From Planctomycetota bacterium (GTDB taxonomy: Bacteria > Planctomycetota > E44-bin39): a stretch of DNA of 64,000 bases. The DNA lies in NCBI GenBank assembly GCA_004376375.1, contig SOJX01000023.1:36013-100012 (forward strand), given 5' to 3'. A model generated the notes under the pieces. It made no database searches. It was not told the origin of the DNA and saw nothing but the letters and a program-made list of their open reading frames with translations. Shown in pieces: positions 16,677 to 25,484 of this stretch (position 1 is the first letter of the stretch; every line of letters begins with the position of its first letter). The position numbers were made by a program, and so were the translations under genes.

Positions 16677-17876
16677 ATGGTCGATTTTGCGCTTTCCGAA
16701 GAAATGCAGATGGTTCGGGAGACTGCCCGCGATTTTGCGTGGAGCCGAATCTATCCGACCATCGAGGAAGACGAGGAAGCTCACCGCTTCAGGCCCGAAA
16801 TCGTACGCGAGATGGGCGAGCTCGGGTTTTTCGGCACACTTATCGACGAGCAGTACGGGGGCAACCCCGAGCTTGGAATGATGGCCGCCGTCCTCATGTC
16901 CGAGGAAACTGCCCGAGTCTCGGCTTCATGGGGTCTGCCGTTCAACATGCAGATGATCGGCTCTGCGCTCACGATTCAGAACTTCGGCACCGACGCTCAG
17001 AAGGAAAAATACATTCCGCAACTCGTCTCCGGTGAAAAACTGGGCTATTTCGCAATCACCGAACCGAACTCCGGAAGCGACGTTGCTTCGATGGGAACGA
17101 CCGCCTTGAAGAAAGGCGACCGCTACGTACTCAACGGCCAGAAGATGTGGATATCGAACGCACAGGTCGGCGACTACGGCATCACCTTCGCCAAGACCGA
17201 TCCGAACGCGGACAAACCGCACCGCGGCCTGTCGGCCTTCATCACCGAGACAAAGGATGCAAAGGGCGTCGAGGCCAAGGCTATCGAGAGCAAGTTCGGT
17301 CTCTTCTGCGCGCCGACCGGAGAGTTCGCGTTCAGCGATTACGAGGTGCCGGAAGAGAACCTTCTCGGCAAGGAAGGCGACGGCTTCAAGATATGCATGA
17401 CGCTCCTGGGCAATACCCGCCTTTCATGTGCCGCGCGTGCCGTCGGGGTTTCCCGTGCATGTCTGGAAGACTCGACGAAATACGCAAAAGAGCGCACCCA
17501 GTTCGGCAAGCCGATCGCAAGCTTCCAGATGATCCAGGAACAGCTCGCCGAGATGTGGCTCGAGCACGCCGCGGCCGAGCTCCTCGTATGGAAGGCCGCA
17601 TGGAACTATGACCGCATCAAGCGCGAAGGCCTGAAAGAGCGCAACACGATTGCCGTTTCGACGGCGAAGCTTTATTCGGCAACCGCAGCCATGCGCTCGG
17701 CCACGCTTGCCATGAAGATTTTCGGCTCTTACGGCTTCTCGACGGAATACCCCGCGGCGCGGTACCTGCGCGATGCCGCGAGTTACGCCGTGGTCGAAGG
17801 CACGAGCAACATCCAGACCACGATTATCGCTCGCTGGGTAATTGACGAAATGCAAATAACTGGTCCCAAGGCCTAA
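16677..17876 (+). CDS. acyl-CoA dehydrogenase
   Basis: Full ACAD-family protein. Preceded by a consensus-like promoter and a hairpin in the 5-prime UTR. Confidence 0.9.
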   Translation: MVDFALSEEMQMVRETARDFAWSRIYPTIEEDEEAHRFRPEIVREMGELGFFGTLIDEQYGGNPELGMMAAVLMSEETARVSASWGLPFNMQMIGSALTIQNFGTDAQKEKYIPQLVSGEKLGYFAITEPNSGSDVASMGTTALKKGDRYVLNGQKMWISNAQVGDYGITFAKTDPNADKPHRGLSAFITETKDAKGVEAKAIESKFGLFCAPTGEFAFSDYEVPEENLLGKEGDGFKICMTLLGNTRLSCAARAVGVSRACLEDSTKYAKERTQFGKPIASFQMIQEQLAEMWLEHAAAELLVWKAAWNYDRIKREGLKERNTIAVSTAKLYSATAAMRSATLAMKIFGSYGFSTEYPAARYLRDAASYAVVEGTSNIQTTIIARWVIDEMQITGPKA

Positions 17877-17881
17877 AAAAT

Positions 17882-17909
17882 GTAGGGGCACAGCGCGCTG
17901 TGCCCCTAC
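17882..17909 (+). terminator. hairpin TGTAGGGGCACAGCGCGCTGTGCCCCTACA between acyl-CoA dehydrogenase and carboxyltransferase genes
   Basis: Perfect 12-bp stem. Member of the TAGGGGC...GCCCCTA palindrome family. Attenuator or processing-site function is speculative. Confidence 0.4.
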
Positions 17910-17936
17910 AACATATACACCAGCCGGAGATTGAAA

Positions 17937-19496
17937 ATGTCACTCGAAGAAATGAACGAAAAAATCAAGGCCGTCGAGGACCGCCGCGCAGTTATCCACG
18001 CGGGCGGCGGCCCGAAAGCCGTCGAGAAGGTCCACAAGAGCGGAAAGATGACCGCACGCGAGCGGCTCGACTACCTGTACGACGACGGCACCTTCATGGA
18101 GTACGACGTCTTCGCAAAGCACATCGGCCGCGACTACGGCCTCGACAAGAAAGACGTGCCGGCCGACGGCGTCGTCACGGGCTACGGTAAGATCAACGGC
18201 AGGCCCGCATTCTGTTACAGCGAAGACTTCACCGTAATCGCCGGAACATTCGGCGAAATGCACGGACGCAAAATCGGCAAGACCGTCGACCTCGCCCGCG
18301 AAATGGGCGTACCGCTCATCGGCATCAACGACTCCGGCGGCGCCCGTGTCACCGAGGAGATGGGCGCGCTGTCGATGTACGGCCGGCTCTTCTACAGGCA
18401 CGTGCGCACCTCCGGCGTTGTCCCTCAGATCGCGCTGATTATGGGTCCGGTCGCAGGCGGGCAGGCATACTCGCCGGCGCTCATGGACTTCATCTTCATG
18501 GTCCGCAATACAAGCTACATGTTCATTGCCGGACCCCCGCTGGTGAAAGCCGTCGTCTTCGAGGACGTAACCGTCGACGACCTCGGCGGGCCCGACGTCC
18601 ACGCCCGGGTATCGGGCGTAAGCGACCTTACGACCGAAAACGACAAAGACTGCCTCGATAGAACCAAAAGATTGCTTTCGTTTCTACCACTGAACTCAAA
18701 GGAAGACGCCCCTTACATCGAGCCTGAGGACGACCCGGGACGAATCGATGAAGAACTCCGTAAAATCGTCCCGACCGACCCGAACGTGCTATACGACATG
18801 CACGAAGTCATCAACCGCATCGTGGACGGCAGTGATTTCTTCGAGATCAAGCCCGAGTACGCTGCAAACCTTATTATCGGCTTCGCCCGCATGAGCGGAC
18901 ACGTGACCGGCATCGTCGCAAACAACCCGAAAGTCATGGCCGGCTGCCTCGACTTCAAGGCGTCCGACAAGGGCTCCCGTTTTATCCGTTTCTGCAACGC
19001 GTTCAACATACCGCTTCTGAACCTTCAGGACGTGCCCGCATACCTCATCGGCTCCAAGTCGGAGCGCGACGGAATCATCCGCCACGGCGCGAAGATGCTT
19101 TACGCCTACGCCGAGTGCACCGTGCCGCTGGTTACCTGCGTTCTCCGCAAAGCATATGCCGGCGGATACCTTGCGATGTGCTCAAAAGACCTGGGCGCGG
19201 ATTTCCTTTTCGAGCTGCCGACCGGTGAAATATGCCTGATGGGCCCTCCGGGCGCGGTAAATATTCTTTTTAGAAAAGAAATCGCGGCGGCCGACGACCC
19301 GGAGGCCGAGCGCGCAAAGCGCCAGAAAGAGTTCTACGACAAGTTCGTCAACCCGCAGTACTCGGCGGCATTGCAGCATGTTGACGATATCATAGATCCT
19401 GCTATAATGCGGCCGACGTTTATAAAGGCGTTCGACATAATCAGGAACAAGGACGACCGGCTGCCGGACAAAAAATTCGGAATAACGCCCGTTTAG
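17937..19496 (+). CDS. acyl-CoA carboxyltransferase subunit (methylmalonyl-CoA decarboxylase alpha / propionyl-CoA carboxylase beta type)
   Basis: Carboxyltransferase domain pair (GGARVTEEMGALSMYG, AGGAYLAMCSKDLGAD). ATG at 17937 is preferred over the TTG at 17931. Confidence 0.9.
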   Translation: MSLEEMNEKIKAVEDRRAVIHAGGGPKAVEKVHKSGKMTARERLDYLYDDGTFMEYDVFAKHIGRDYGLDKKDVPADGVVTGYGKINGRPAFCYSEDFTVIAGTFGEMHGRKIGKTVDLAREMGVPLIGINDSGGARVTEEMGALSMYGRLFYRHVRTSGVVPQIALIMGPVAGGQAYSPALMDFIFMVRNTSYMFIAGPPLVKAVVFEDVTVDDLGGPDVHARVSGVSDLTTENDKDCLDRTKRLLSFLPLNSKEDAPYIEPEDDPGRIDEELRKIVPTDPNVLYDMHEVINRIVDGSDFFEIKPEYAANLIIGFARMSGHVTGIVANNPKVMAGCLDFKASDKGSRFIRFCNAFNIPLLNLQDVPAYLIGSKSERDGIIRHGAKMLYAYAECTVPLVTCVLRKAYAGGYLAMCSKDLGADFLFELPTGEICLMGPPGAVNILFRKEIAAADDPEAERAKRQKEFYDKFVNPQYSAALQHVDDIIDPAIMRPTFIKAFDIIRNKDDRLPDKKFGITPV

Positions 19497-19510
19497 TGGT
19501 TAGTCGTTTT

Positions 19511-19539
19511 GTTAGCGGCGCCGCTTGCGCGGCGTTGAA
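19511..19539. repeat. REP-like element GTTAGCGGCGCCGCTTGCGCGGCGTTGAA
   Basis: Consensus copy with an internal CGCCGC-TTGC-GCGGCG hairpin. Lies between the carboxyltransferase and gamma-subunit genes. Confidence 0.8.
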
Positions 19540-19560
19540 TAATAAAATCGGATTAAATTC

Positions 19561-19872
19561 ATGTTTCTTGCTGAGACAATCAACATCGACTGGAATTTCG
19601 CAGCCAAGGTTTCCGGTTACGGGTTCGCGGGCGTATTTATCGCCATGAGCGTTCTTGCGCTGGTCATCTGGCTGGTCGGGAAATGCCACAAGGCCTTTGA
19701 TGAAAAACTGAAGGGCAAGGGAGTTCTTGTCGGACTCATTGTATTGTTTGTGCTCGCCGCGCTCATCGCGGCGCATATCGTGACCGAAATGGGGAAGGAA
19801 TCGACCTCATCCCGGTTGGAACAGTCGGAAGTATCCGCAGCCGAACGTCAGGCCGCAATGGAGGACAGTTAG
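19561..19872 (+). CDS. small membrane subunit, OadG-like (gamma) of Na+-translocating decarboxylase
   Basis: 103 aa with an N-proximal TM helix. Positioned between the carboxyltransferase and biotin carrier genes. Confidence 0.5.
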   Translation: MFLAETINIDWNFAAKVSGYGFAGVFIAMSVLALVIWLVGKCHKAFDEKLKGKGVLVGLIVLFVLAALIAAHIVTEMGKESTSSRLEQSEVSAAERQAAMEDS

Positions 19873-19873
19873 C

Positions 19874-20092
19874 ATGGCAACTCAGGTCGTTGCACCTATG
19901 GTGTGTCAGGTAAAGAAGGTTCACGTTGAAGTGGGGGCCCAGGTTCAGGAAAACGATACGCTCGTCACAATCGAGGCGATGAAGGTGGAGATGCCGATCC
20001 CGGCCCCGGTCGCGGGCACGGTCGTGGCGATCCACTGCGCCGAGGGCGACACGGTAGAGGCCGAGACCGTACTTATCGATCTCGACGAGTAA
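19874..20092 (+). CDS. biotin carboxyl carrier (biotinyl domain) subunit
   Basis: Biotinyl-lysine motif EAMKVEM, 72 aa. Confidence 0.85.
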   Translation: MATQVVAPMVCQVKKVHVEVGAQVQENDTLVTIEAMKVEMPIPAPVAGTVVAIHCAEGDTVEAETVLIDLDE

Positions 20093-20185
20093 CCCCGGAA
20101 CTACTGTACTGCATATATCGCGGCGCCGTGGCGGCCGTCACGGCGCCGCGATATAAAAGCAGCCGACCGCTCAAGGAACTTTCGA

Positions 20186-21721
20186 ATGCCCGAGCTTGGC
20201 AAGAAACGCAGACTGCCGCAAACCTGGGTGATTCTTACAAGCATCCTTCTTTTTCTTGCGACGTTGTTCTTCTGCATGCGCGCAGGCGGCGGCGCGCCGG
20301 CCGGCAAACAAACACCCCTCCGCACACGTATCGGCGGTACAATCACCGCGGATGAGACACGCAAAATCCTGAAGAAAACCCGTTTCCACCCGACGCGCGA
20401 TGCCGTAACGCTGGACGAAATCATCGCGTTGGTGGAAGAGACCGGCCTGAAAGTCGAAATTGAAAAGGGGATAAAAACCGACCGCGATCTGAGAATCGGG
20501 AGCAAAGCGCGCAATCTCGAATCAATCCTGAAAGCCGCGGGACACATCGGCCATTTTCGCATGCGGGTTAAAGCCGGCGGTATCGTCATCGAATCGCCCA
20601 GTATCTTCCGCACCGTCGGCCTTCTGCGCCTCACTTTCGGCAACATCATCATGCTGATTATCGGCATGGTTTTCATATACCTCGCGGTTAAAAAAGACAT
20701 GGAGCCTTACGAGCTCCTGCCCATCGGTTTCGGTATTATTCTCGGCAATCTCCCGCTAACCAGACTTATGAGTTTCAGCGGCGCGGAAATCCAGCAGTCC
20801 GGAATTCTTGGCGTGTTTTTCCACTACGGGCTTTACTTTCATAACATTCTGCCGCCGCTGATTTTTCTCGGCCTCGGAGCGATGACCGATTTCGGACCGC
20901 TTATCGCAAACCCGAAAACGCTGATCTTCGGCGCCGCCGCGCAGCTCGGTATTTTTATCGCATTCTGGGGCGCGCTCTTTCTCGGATTCAACATCCACGA
21001 GGCCGCGGCCATAGGAATCATCGGGGGCGCCGACGGTCCCACCACGATCTATACGTCCGCAAAGGTGGCACCCGAAATCCTTGGGATAACGGCAGTCTGC
21101 GCATACACGTACATGGCGCTCGTCGCGATAATCCAGCCGCCCATAATGAAGCTGCTCACGACGAAGGAAGAACGAAAAATCAGAATGAAAATGCTCCGCC
21201 AGGTCTCCAAAGCGGAAAAAATTCTTTTCCCGATTGTCGGCACGTTCGTGATTCTCCTTCTCGTGCCGCTTGCCGCGCCGCTCCTGGGGCTCTTCATGCT
21301 CGGAAACCTGTTCCGCGAGTCCGGCGTCGTCCCCCGCCTCTCCGACGGCGCGCAGAACGAGCTCATGAACATCGTCACCATCTTCCTCATGCTCTGCATC
21401 GGCGCGTGGATGGGCGCGGAAAATATTCTCAAGGTGCGCACGCTCGCCGTGCTCGGGCTCGGCATCATCGCCTTCGCCTTCGGGACCGCGGGCGGTATCC
21501 TGCTCGCCAAGTTCATGAACCTGTTCCTCAAGGAAAAAATAAACCCGCTCGTCGGCTCGGCGGGAGTGTCGGCCGTCCCGATGGCTGCGAGAATCTCCCA
21601 GATAGTCGGCCAGAAGGAAGACCCGCAGAACTTCCTGCTCATGCACGCGATGGGCGCCAACGTCGCCGGCGTTATCGGCTCCGCAGTCGCAGCAGGACTT
21701 TTCCTCTCGCTGTTGACATAG
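20186..21721 (+). CDS. Na+-translocating decarboxylase beta subunit (OadB/MmdB family) with N-terminal extension
   Basis: OadB core runs from [14 protein letters not shown] onward, with [10 protein letters not shown]. An additional roughly 130-aa N-terminal region with one TM helix is not typical. The start is uncertain. Confidence 0.8.
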   Translation: MPELGKKRRLPQTWVILTSILLFLATLFFCMRAGGGAPAGKQTPLRTRIGGTITADETRKILKKTRFHPTRDAVTLDEIIALVEETGLKVEIEKGIKTDRDLRIGSKARNLESILKAAGHIGHFRMRVKAGGIVIESPSIFRTVGLLRLTFGNIIMLIIGMVFIYLAVKKDMEPYELLPIGFGIILGNLPLTRLMSFSGAEIQQSGILGVFFHYGLYFHNILPPLIFLGLGAMTDFGPLIANPKTLIFGAAAQLGIFIAFWGALFLGFNIHEAAAIGIIGGADGPTTIYTSAKVAPEILGITAVCAYTYMALVAIIQPPIMKLLTTKEERKIRMKMLRQVSKAEKILFPIVGTFVILLLVPLAAPLLGLFMLGNLFRESGVVPRLSDGAQNELMNIVTIFLMLCIGAWMGAENILKVRTLAVLGLGIIAFAFGTAGGILLAKFMNLFLKEKINPLVGSAGVSAVPMAARISQIVGQKEDPQNFLLMHAMGANVAGVIGSAVAAGLFLSLLT

Positions 21722-21890
21722 CATCGGTTATTGGTTATTGGTTATTGGTTATTGGTTAAAAATATGGGAAGCACCACGCCGGAAGGCGTGGTGACAATTG
21801 AGCGGGCGGGCTTGCCCGCCGTTAAAACAAAATTCGGGCGGGTCGCCGACCCGCCCAACACATAACGCGCGAAGCTCATTTGATTGGTGG

Positions 21891-21910
21891 GGCAGACATT
21901 CCTGTCTGCC
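21891..21910. repeat. GACAGACA-N4-TGTCTGTC palindrome family member (GGCAGACATTCCTGTCTGCC) adjacent to TAACGCGCGAAGCTC
   Basis: Other copies at 146-165, 23127-23146 and 45289-45310. The TAACGCGCGAAGCTC motif is at 21863-21877 and 45316-45330, and in reverse complement at 49745-49759. Confidence 0.8.
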
Positions 21911-22083
21911 CGCCGCAGGCGAAAGCCTGCGGCGAAACGCGGCGAGCAAGCTCGCCGGCTAATTACTGAGAAAACTCAATATCCATTGTATAAAAAACCG
22001 TTCTTAAAAAAGAAGTGATTCGACACTCGAAAATCGTAAATCGAAAATCACATATCGGCTACAATGAAGGCGCAGGTTGAACT

Positions 22084-22719
22084 ATGACGACAATGTTCGA
22101 GACTTACTACCGTTGCCCCCAGTGCGGCACGGCTTTCCAGAGCACGACCATAGGCTCCTGCGGGCACGCGGACAAATGGTCCGACCTCTGCCCCGACTTC
22201 TGGGGGGCCAGCCCCCGGATGTTTTTCGTCGCCTGCTGCCCCGACTGCGGCTACTGCGACTTCGCAAACGAGTTCGAGGACATGCCGCCCGAAACGGAAA
22301 CCGACGTGACGGACCCGGGGGGCGACATACTCGACCGCTACGTAAAAGCGTACGAACATGCCTTGAGCAGGAAAAAACCGGCGCGCCAGCTCGCCGATTA
22401 CGCGGTCCAGGTCGCGTGGTGCCGCCACGACGAGGATGACGACGCCGACTCGCCCACGCTGAAGAAATACCGCGAGGCAGCCGTCTTTCATTTCGAGGAA
22501 GCGCTGGGCGAGGGAGAGGTCGAAGAAGAGGAAATGCCCACCATTCACTACCTTATCGCCGAGTTCTCCCGCCAGAACGGCGATTTCGAGAAGGCGAAAA
22601 AACACCTCGACAAGATACCCGACGACGCGGGCATTGCCGAGGCAGCGCCCCACCTCCGCAAACATGCTGAAGCTGAAGATTCAGAACCCTACCGCCTGGG
22701 CGAGGAAAAAGCAGATTGA
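22084..22719 (+). CDS. zinc-ribbon-containing hypothetical protein (DUF2225-like)
   Basis: N-terminal CPQCG...CGH and CCPDCGYC motifs followed by a helical acidic domain. Confidence 0.5.
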   Translation: MTTMFETYYRCPQCGTAFQSTTIGSCGHADKWSDLCPDFWGASPRMFFVACCPDCGYCDFANEFEDMPPETETDVTDPGGDILDRYVKAYEHALSRKKPARQLADYAVQVAWCRHDEDDDADSPTLKKYREAAVFHFEEALGEGEVEEEEMPTIHYLIAEFSRQNGDFEKAKKHLDKIPDDAGIAEAAPHLRKHAEAEDSEPYRLGEEKAD

Positions 22720-22721
22720 AG

Positions 22722-22855
22722 AAAGTATGAAGGATGAAGGATAAAGGATGAAATTTATATTTAATAATTCTTAATTCATATTTCAGACTTCACACTTCTG
22801 CCTTCATACTTCAGCCTTCATACTTCATCCTTTCTTTACGGTTCGCGCTCTGAAT
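22722..22855. repeat. long hairpin of AGTATGAAGGATGAAGG / CCTTCATACTTCAT arrays between convergent genes
   Basis: AGTATGAAGGATGAAGGATAAAGGATGAAA ... CTTCATACTTCAGCCTTCATACTTCATCCTTTC around an AT-rich loop. Confidence 0.8.
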
Positions 22856-23099
22856 TTAATCGGTAGACGAAGGCGAGAATCTCCGCGATGACCTGGTAAA
22901 GCTCGTGCGGGATTTCAGTCTCCAGATCGAGCTTTGAAAGGACCGATGCGAGGTCCGCGTCCTCGTGCACAGGCACGCCGGCCTCGCGGGCTATCCGCAT
23001 AATCGCCTCCGCGACTATGCCCTTCCCTTTCGCGACGACGCGGGGGGCGGCGTCGCGTTCGGGCTCGTATCTGAGAGCTACGGCTACCTGTCTTTCCAT
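22836..23099 (-). CDS. FlhB C-terminal-domain-like small protein (YlqH-like)
   Basis: VAVALRYEPERDAAPRVVAKGKG...AEAIMRIAREAGVPVHEDADLA...ELYQVIAEILAFVYRL matches the FlhB/EscU C-terminal fold family. Start at ATG 23099. Confidence 0.75.
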   Translation of the reverse strand: MERQVAVALRYEPERDAAPRVVAKGKGIVAEAIMRIAREAGVPVHEDADLASVLSKLDLETEIPHELYQVIAEILAFVYRLNSEREP

Positions 23100-23182
23100 T
23101 GCGTATACCCGCAAAATAATCGGTACGACAGACATTTCTGTCTGTCGATTGCAGGGGCAAGGCATGCCTTGCCCCTACATTT

Positions 23183-24688
23183 TTACACGATAATATCTAT
23201 CAGTTGCAATCCCTCGGGCCCGCCGAAACCTTCGAGGAAACGCCTCGGCGGCGCTTCCGGGTCGCGCACGGCCGTGCGCACCTCGACCTCGTAACCGAGC
23301 TGCCGGAGCGCGCCCTCGAGAATGTATGCGCGCGTATCGAAAAGCGCCTTCGTCGCCTCGTCATCTACAATGAATCCGACGACGATGTTGCGCCGGTCCA
23401 TCACCACTTCGCCGAGCACGTCGCCGAGATACTCGAGCGACAGATCGATAACCGCCCTGCGCGGGGTTTCGTCATCGCCGGCTTCGCGGCCCCCGCGCCT
23501 GACGTTGAACCGCAGGCGAATGCAATCCTCGGCCGCGCCGAACGCAACGAGAAGCTGGGCGTAGCTGACGTCGTCGAGCGCCGCCGTCGCCGCCGCGTTC
23601 AAAGCCTTGACCGCCGCGAACCTGTCGGAAAGCCGATCGAGCTCTCCGTACGCCCGGGCAAGGGGCTTGAAGATTTCATACCGCGAAATCTCGAATTTCT
23701 CCCGGTCCTGGAGTAATCGGTGCGCGTCTTTCAATTCCGCCGGGCGAAGCTGCTTCAGGAGATTAACCAGGGCATCGCCGTCGGGCTTTTCCGCAATTAT
23801 CGCCGCGCGGACGTCTTTGCCGAGGACAGCCTTTCCCCCCGCTTCGCCTGCTTCCTGACCGGCTTCGGCAATCAGCTTCGCCGCCGCGGCGACAGCCTTG
23901 CCGAGCTCGACGAGCACCGGGTCTGATTTCAGAATGCCGCTTGCTATCGATTCGATCCCGGCCTGGAACGCCCGCGCCTGCTCGACAGCTCCGCCGCGCG
24001 CAAGGTTTGCAAGCTCTCCGGCCGTCCCCGCCTGCTCCAGAGTAACATGCAGGGCGTGAAGCCCGCCCGCAATCTCCTTTACGGCAGCGGTCTGCCCGAG
24101 CCCGGGAAAATGCGCCCGGTCGAGCGCGTTCGCAGCGTTACGCAGAACCCGTGCGGTTTCTCCCACGGGCCGTGCAAGGTCGGCCGCGGCCGCCACCAGG
24201 CGCGGGGTAAGCGGAATATTATTTTTTACCAGATACGCCGCCGCGGTCACCGCGGCGGGGAAATCGACCGGCGCATGCGCCGCAGCCGTTCGGACGGCCT
24301 CGATATTTTCCAGCGTCGCCGACGCGCCCGCGCGGTTGAGCGCTTCTACGATAACCAGGTTTTCGCGCGTCGGCTGCAGCCCCATATCGGCCAGAGCGGT
24401 CATAATCGTCCGCGGCGCGGCCGGCGCAGTCGCGTCGAGGGACGGGGCGACCGGCACAAGCGTAACACCGCCCCCGTCGCGCGGTTCAACGGCAAACTGC
24501 ACAAGTTCGCCTTCGGCGAGCGTGAACGGAACGGTCATTGAAAACGTGGCGCCGAAAAGGTTGACGAGGGGCTGACCGTCGGGCGAAATTCCGACGACGC
24601 GGCCGGTGACGGTCGAACCGATGTAGGCCGCCAGCGTGTCGGGCAGACCGCCCGGAGTTGGTGAAAATCCGAATGCAGATATATCCAT
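23183..24688 (-). CDS. Flg_hook-domain-like protein (FliK-like / YlqG-like), function unknown
   Basis: 501 aa, Ala-rich. The C-terminal segment VIDLSLEYLGDVLGEVVMDRRNIVVGFIVDDEATKALF resembles the hook-length-control C-terminal domain. Immediately upstream of the FlhB-C-like gene. Confidence 0.45.
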   Translation of the reverse strand: MDISAFGFSPTPGGLPDTLAAYIGSTVTGRVVGISPDGQPLVNLFGATFSMTVPFTLAEGELVQFAVEPRDGGGVTLVPVAPSLDATAPAAPRTIMTALADMGLQPTRENLVIVEALNRAGASATLENIEAVRTAAAHAPVDFPAAVTAAAYLVKNNIPLTPRLVAAAADLARPVGETARVLRNAANALDRAHFPGLGQTAAVKEIAGGLHALHVTLEQAGTAGELANLARGGAVEQARAFQAGIESIASGILKSDPVLVELGKAVAAAAKLIAEAGQEAGEAGGKAVLGKDVRAAIIAEKPDGDALVNLLKQLRPAELKDAHRLLQDREKFEISRYEIFKPLARAYGELDRLSDRFAAVKALNAAATAALDDVSYAQLLVAFGAAEDCIRLRFNVRRGGREAGDDETPRRAVIDLSLEYLGDVLGEVVMDRRNIVVGFIVDDEATKALFDTRAYILEGALRQLGYEVEVRTAVRDPEAPPRRFLEGFGGPEGLQLIDIIV

Positions 24689-25164
24689 CAGTCGCGTCCG
24701 CGTTTCATCCGGACCATGTAATCCTTGAAGCCGAAGCGCTCCCAGAATTTCTTCGTCTTTTCATTCAGGACGAGAGCGTTCAACTGAACGGTAACGGCGC
24801 CGTTATTCTCGAGTATCTTGAGCGCGTCCTCGATGAGGGCGGTGCCGAAGCCGAAACTCCGGACTTCCTTTATAACGAAAACGTTTGATATGTAACCGAT
24901 GCGCCTTGTCTTGAAAAACGGCGCATCCGTCACGCTCGAGATGGCAAAACCGAACGGTTTATCTTCCCACGTAATCAGCCTGATAAAGAGGTCGTTGCGC
25001 TTCATCTCGGCAAGGTAGAAATCGCGCGCGCTCCCCTGCCAGTCCGGAGCGGGGGTGAAGTCAGGCTCTATCTCGGATTTTTCCGCAAGGTATTCCCCCA
25101 CGAGGCCGATAAAAACATCTACCCGCTCTTCGGTAAGGTTGGTTATTACGGCTTCTCCCGCCAC
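24688..25164 (-). CDS. GNAT family N-acetyltransferase
   Basis: Acetyl-CoA binding motif RSFGFGTALI and overall GNAT layout. Confidence 0.8.
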   Translation of the reverse strand: MAGEAVITNLTEERVDVFIGLVGEYLAEKSEIEPDFTPAPDWQGSARDFYLAEMKRNDLFIRLITWEDKPFGFAISSVTDAPFFKTRRIGYISNVFVIKEVRSFGFGTALIEDALKILENNGAVTVQLNALVLNEKTKKFWERFGFKDYMVRMKRGRD

Positions 25165-25217
25165 CGTTTTACTCCATTCAGGTAATATCCAATAGTATCA
25201 GGATGAAGCCGCCCCGG

Positions 25218-25300
25218 CAAGCGAAAAGGAAGTGCTGGAGTGCTGGCGTGCTGGAGTGCTGGCGTGCTGGAGTGCTGGGGTGCTGGGGTGCTGGAGTTAG
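25218..25300. repeat. tandem array of nine (A/G)GTGCTGG octamers
   Basis: GTGCTGGAGTGCTGGCGTGCTGG and so on. The same unit appears in reverse complement at 10365-10430 and 40525-40560. Confidence 0.85.
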
Positions 25301-25305
25301 CGGCC

Positions 25306-25381
25306 GTGATTGCGCGGCGTTGATTAATTATGATTAAGACCAACGCGCCGCCGACCACACCCGCCACGCGGCCCCGCTAAC
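25306..25381. repeat. inverted pair of REP-like elements around TTAATTATGATTAAGACC
   Basis: GTTAGCGGCCGTGATTGCGCGGCGTTGA ... CAACGCGCCGCCGACCACACCCGCCACGCGGCCCCGCTAAC. Confidence 0.75.
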
Positions 25382-25411
25382 AAACCCACCAACGGCCAAC
25401 CACTAACGACC

Positions 25412-25447
25412 ATTAAAATACAACGCCCGGGAGCAGAGCTCCCGGGC
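25412..25447 (-). terminator. intrinsic terminator downstream of the LysM-protein gene
   Basis: GCCCGGGAGCAGAGCTCCCGGGC hairpin followed on the minus strand by a U-rich tract (GUUGUAUUUUAAUGG). Confidence 0.6.
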
Positions 25448-25484
25448 AGGTGCACAACACGTAAAGCAGTTACTTCTTCTTCGC

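Noticed and set aside
19441-19776. Short ORFs whose translations contain AAQARPLT or AAQAAPLT (also 2018-2410, 21749-21949, 44229-45353 and 45347-45532)
   Set aside because: The shared peptide is simply the REP-like 29-bp element read in one frame. These ORFs are artefacts of the dispersed repeat.
21722-22083. tRNA or other canonical RNA genes in ORF-free spacers (also 10283-10610 and 49709-49971)
   Set aside because: No GTTCGAATC-type T-loop, cloverleaf geometry or rRNA/RNase P/SRP conserved blocks were recognisable by eye. The spacers are explained by hairpins and repeat arrays. A covariance-model scan would be needed to be sure.
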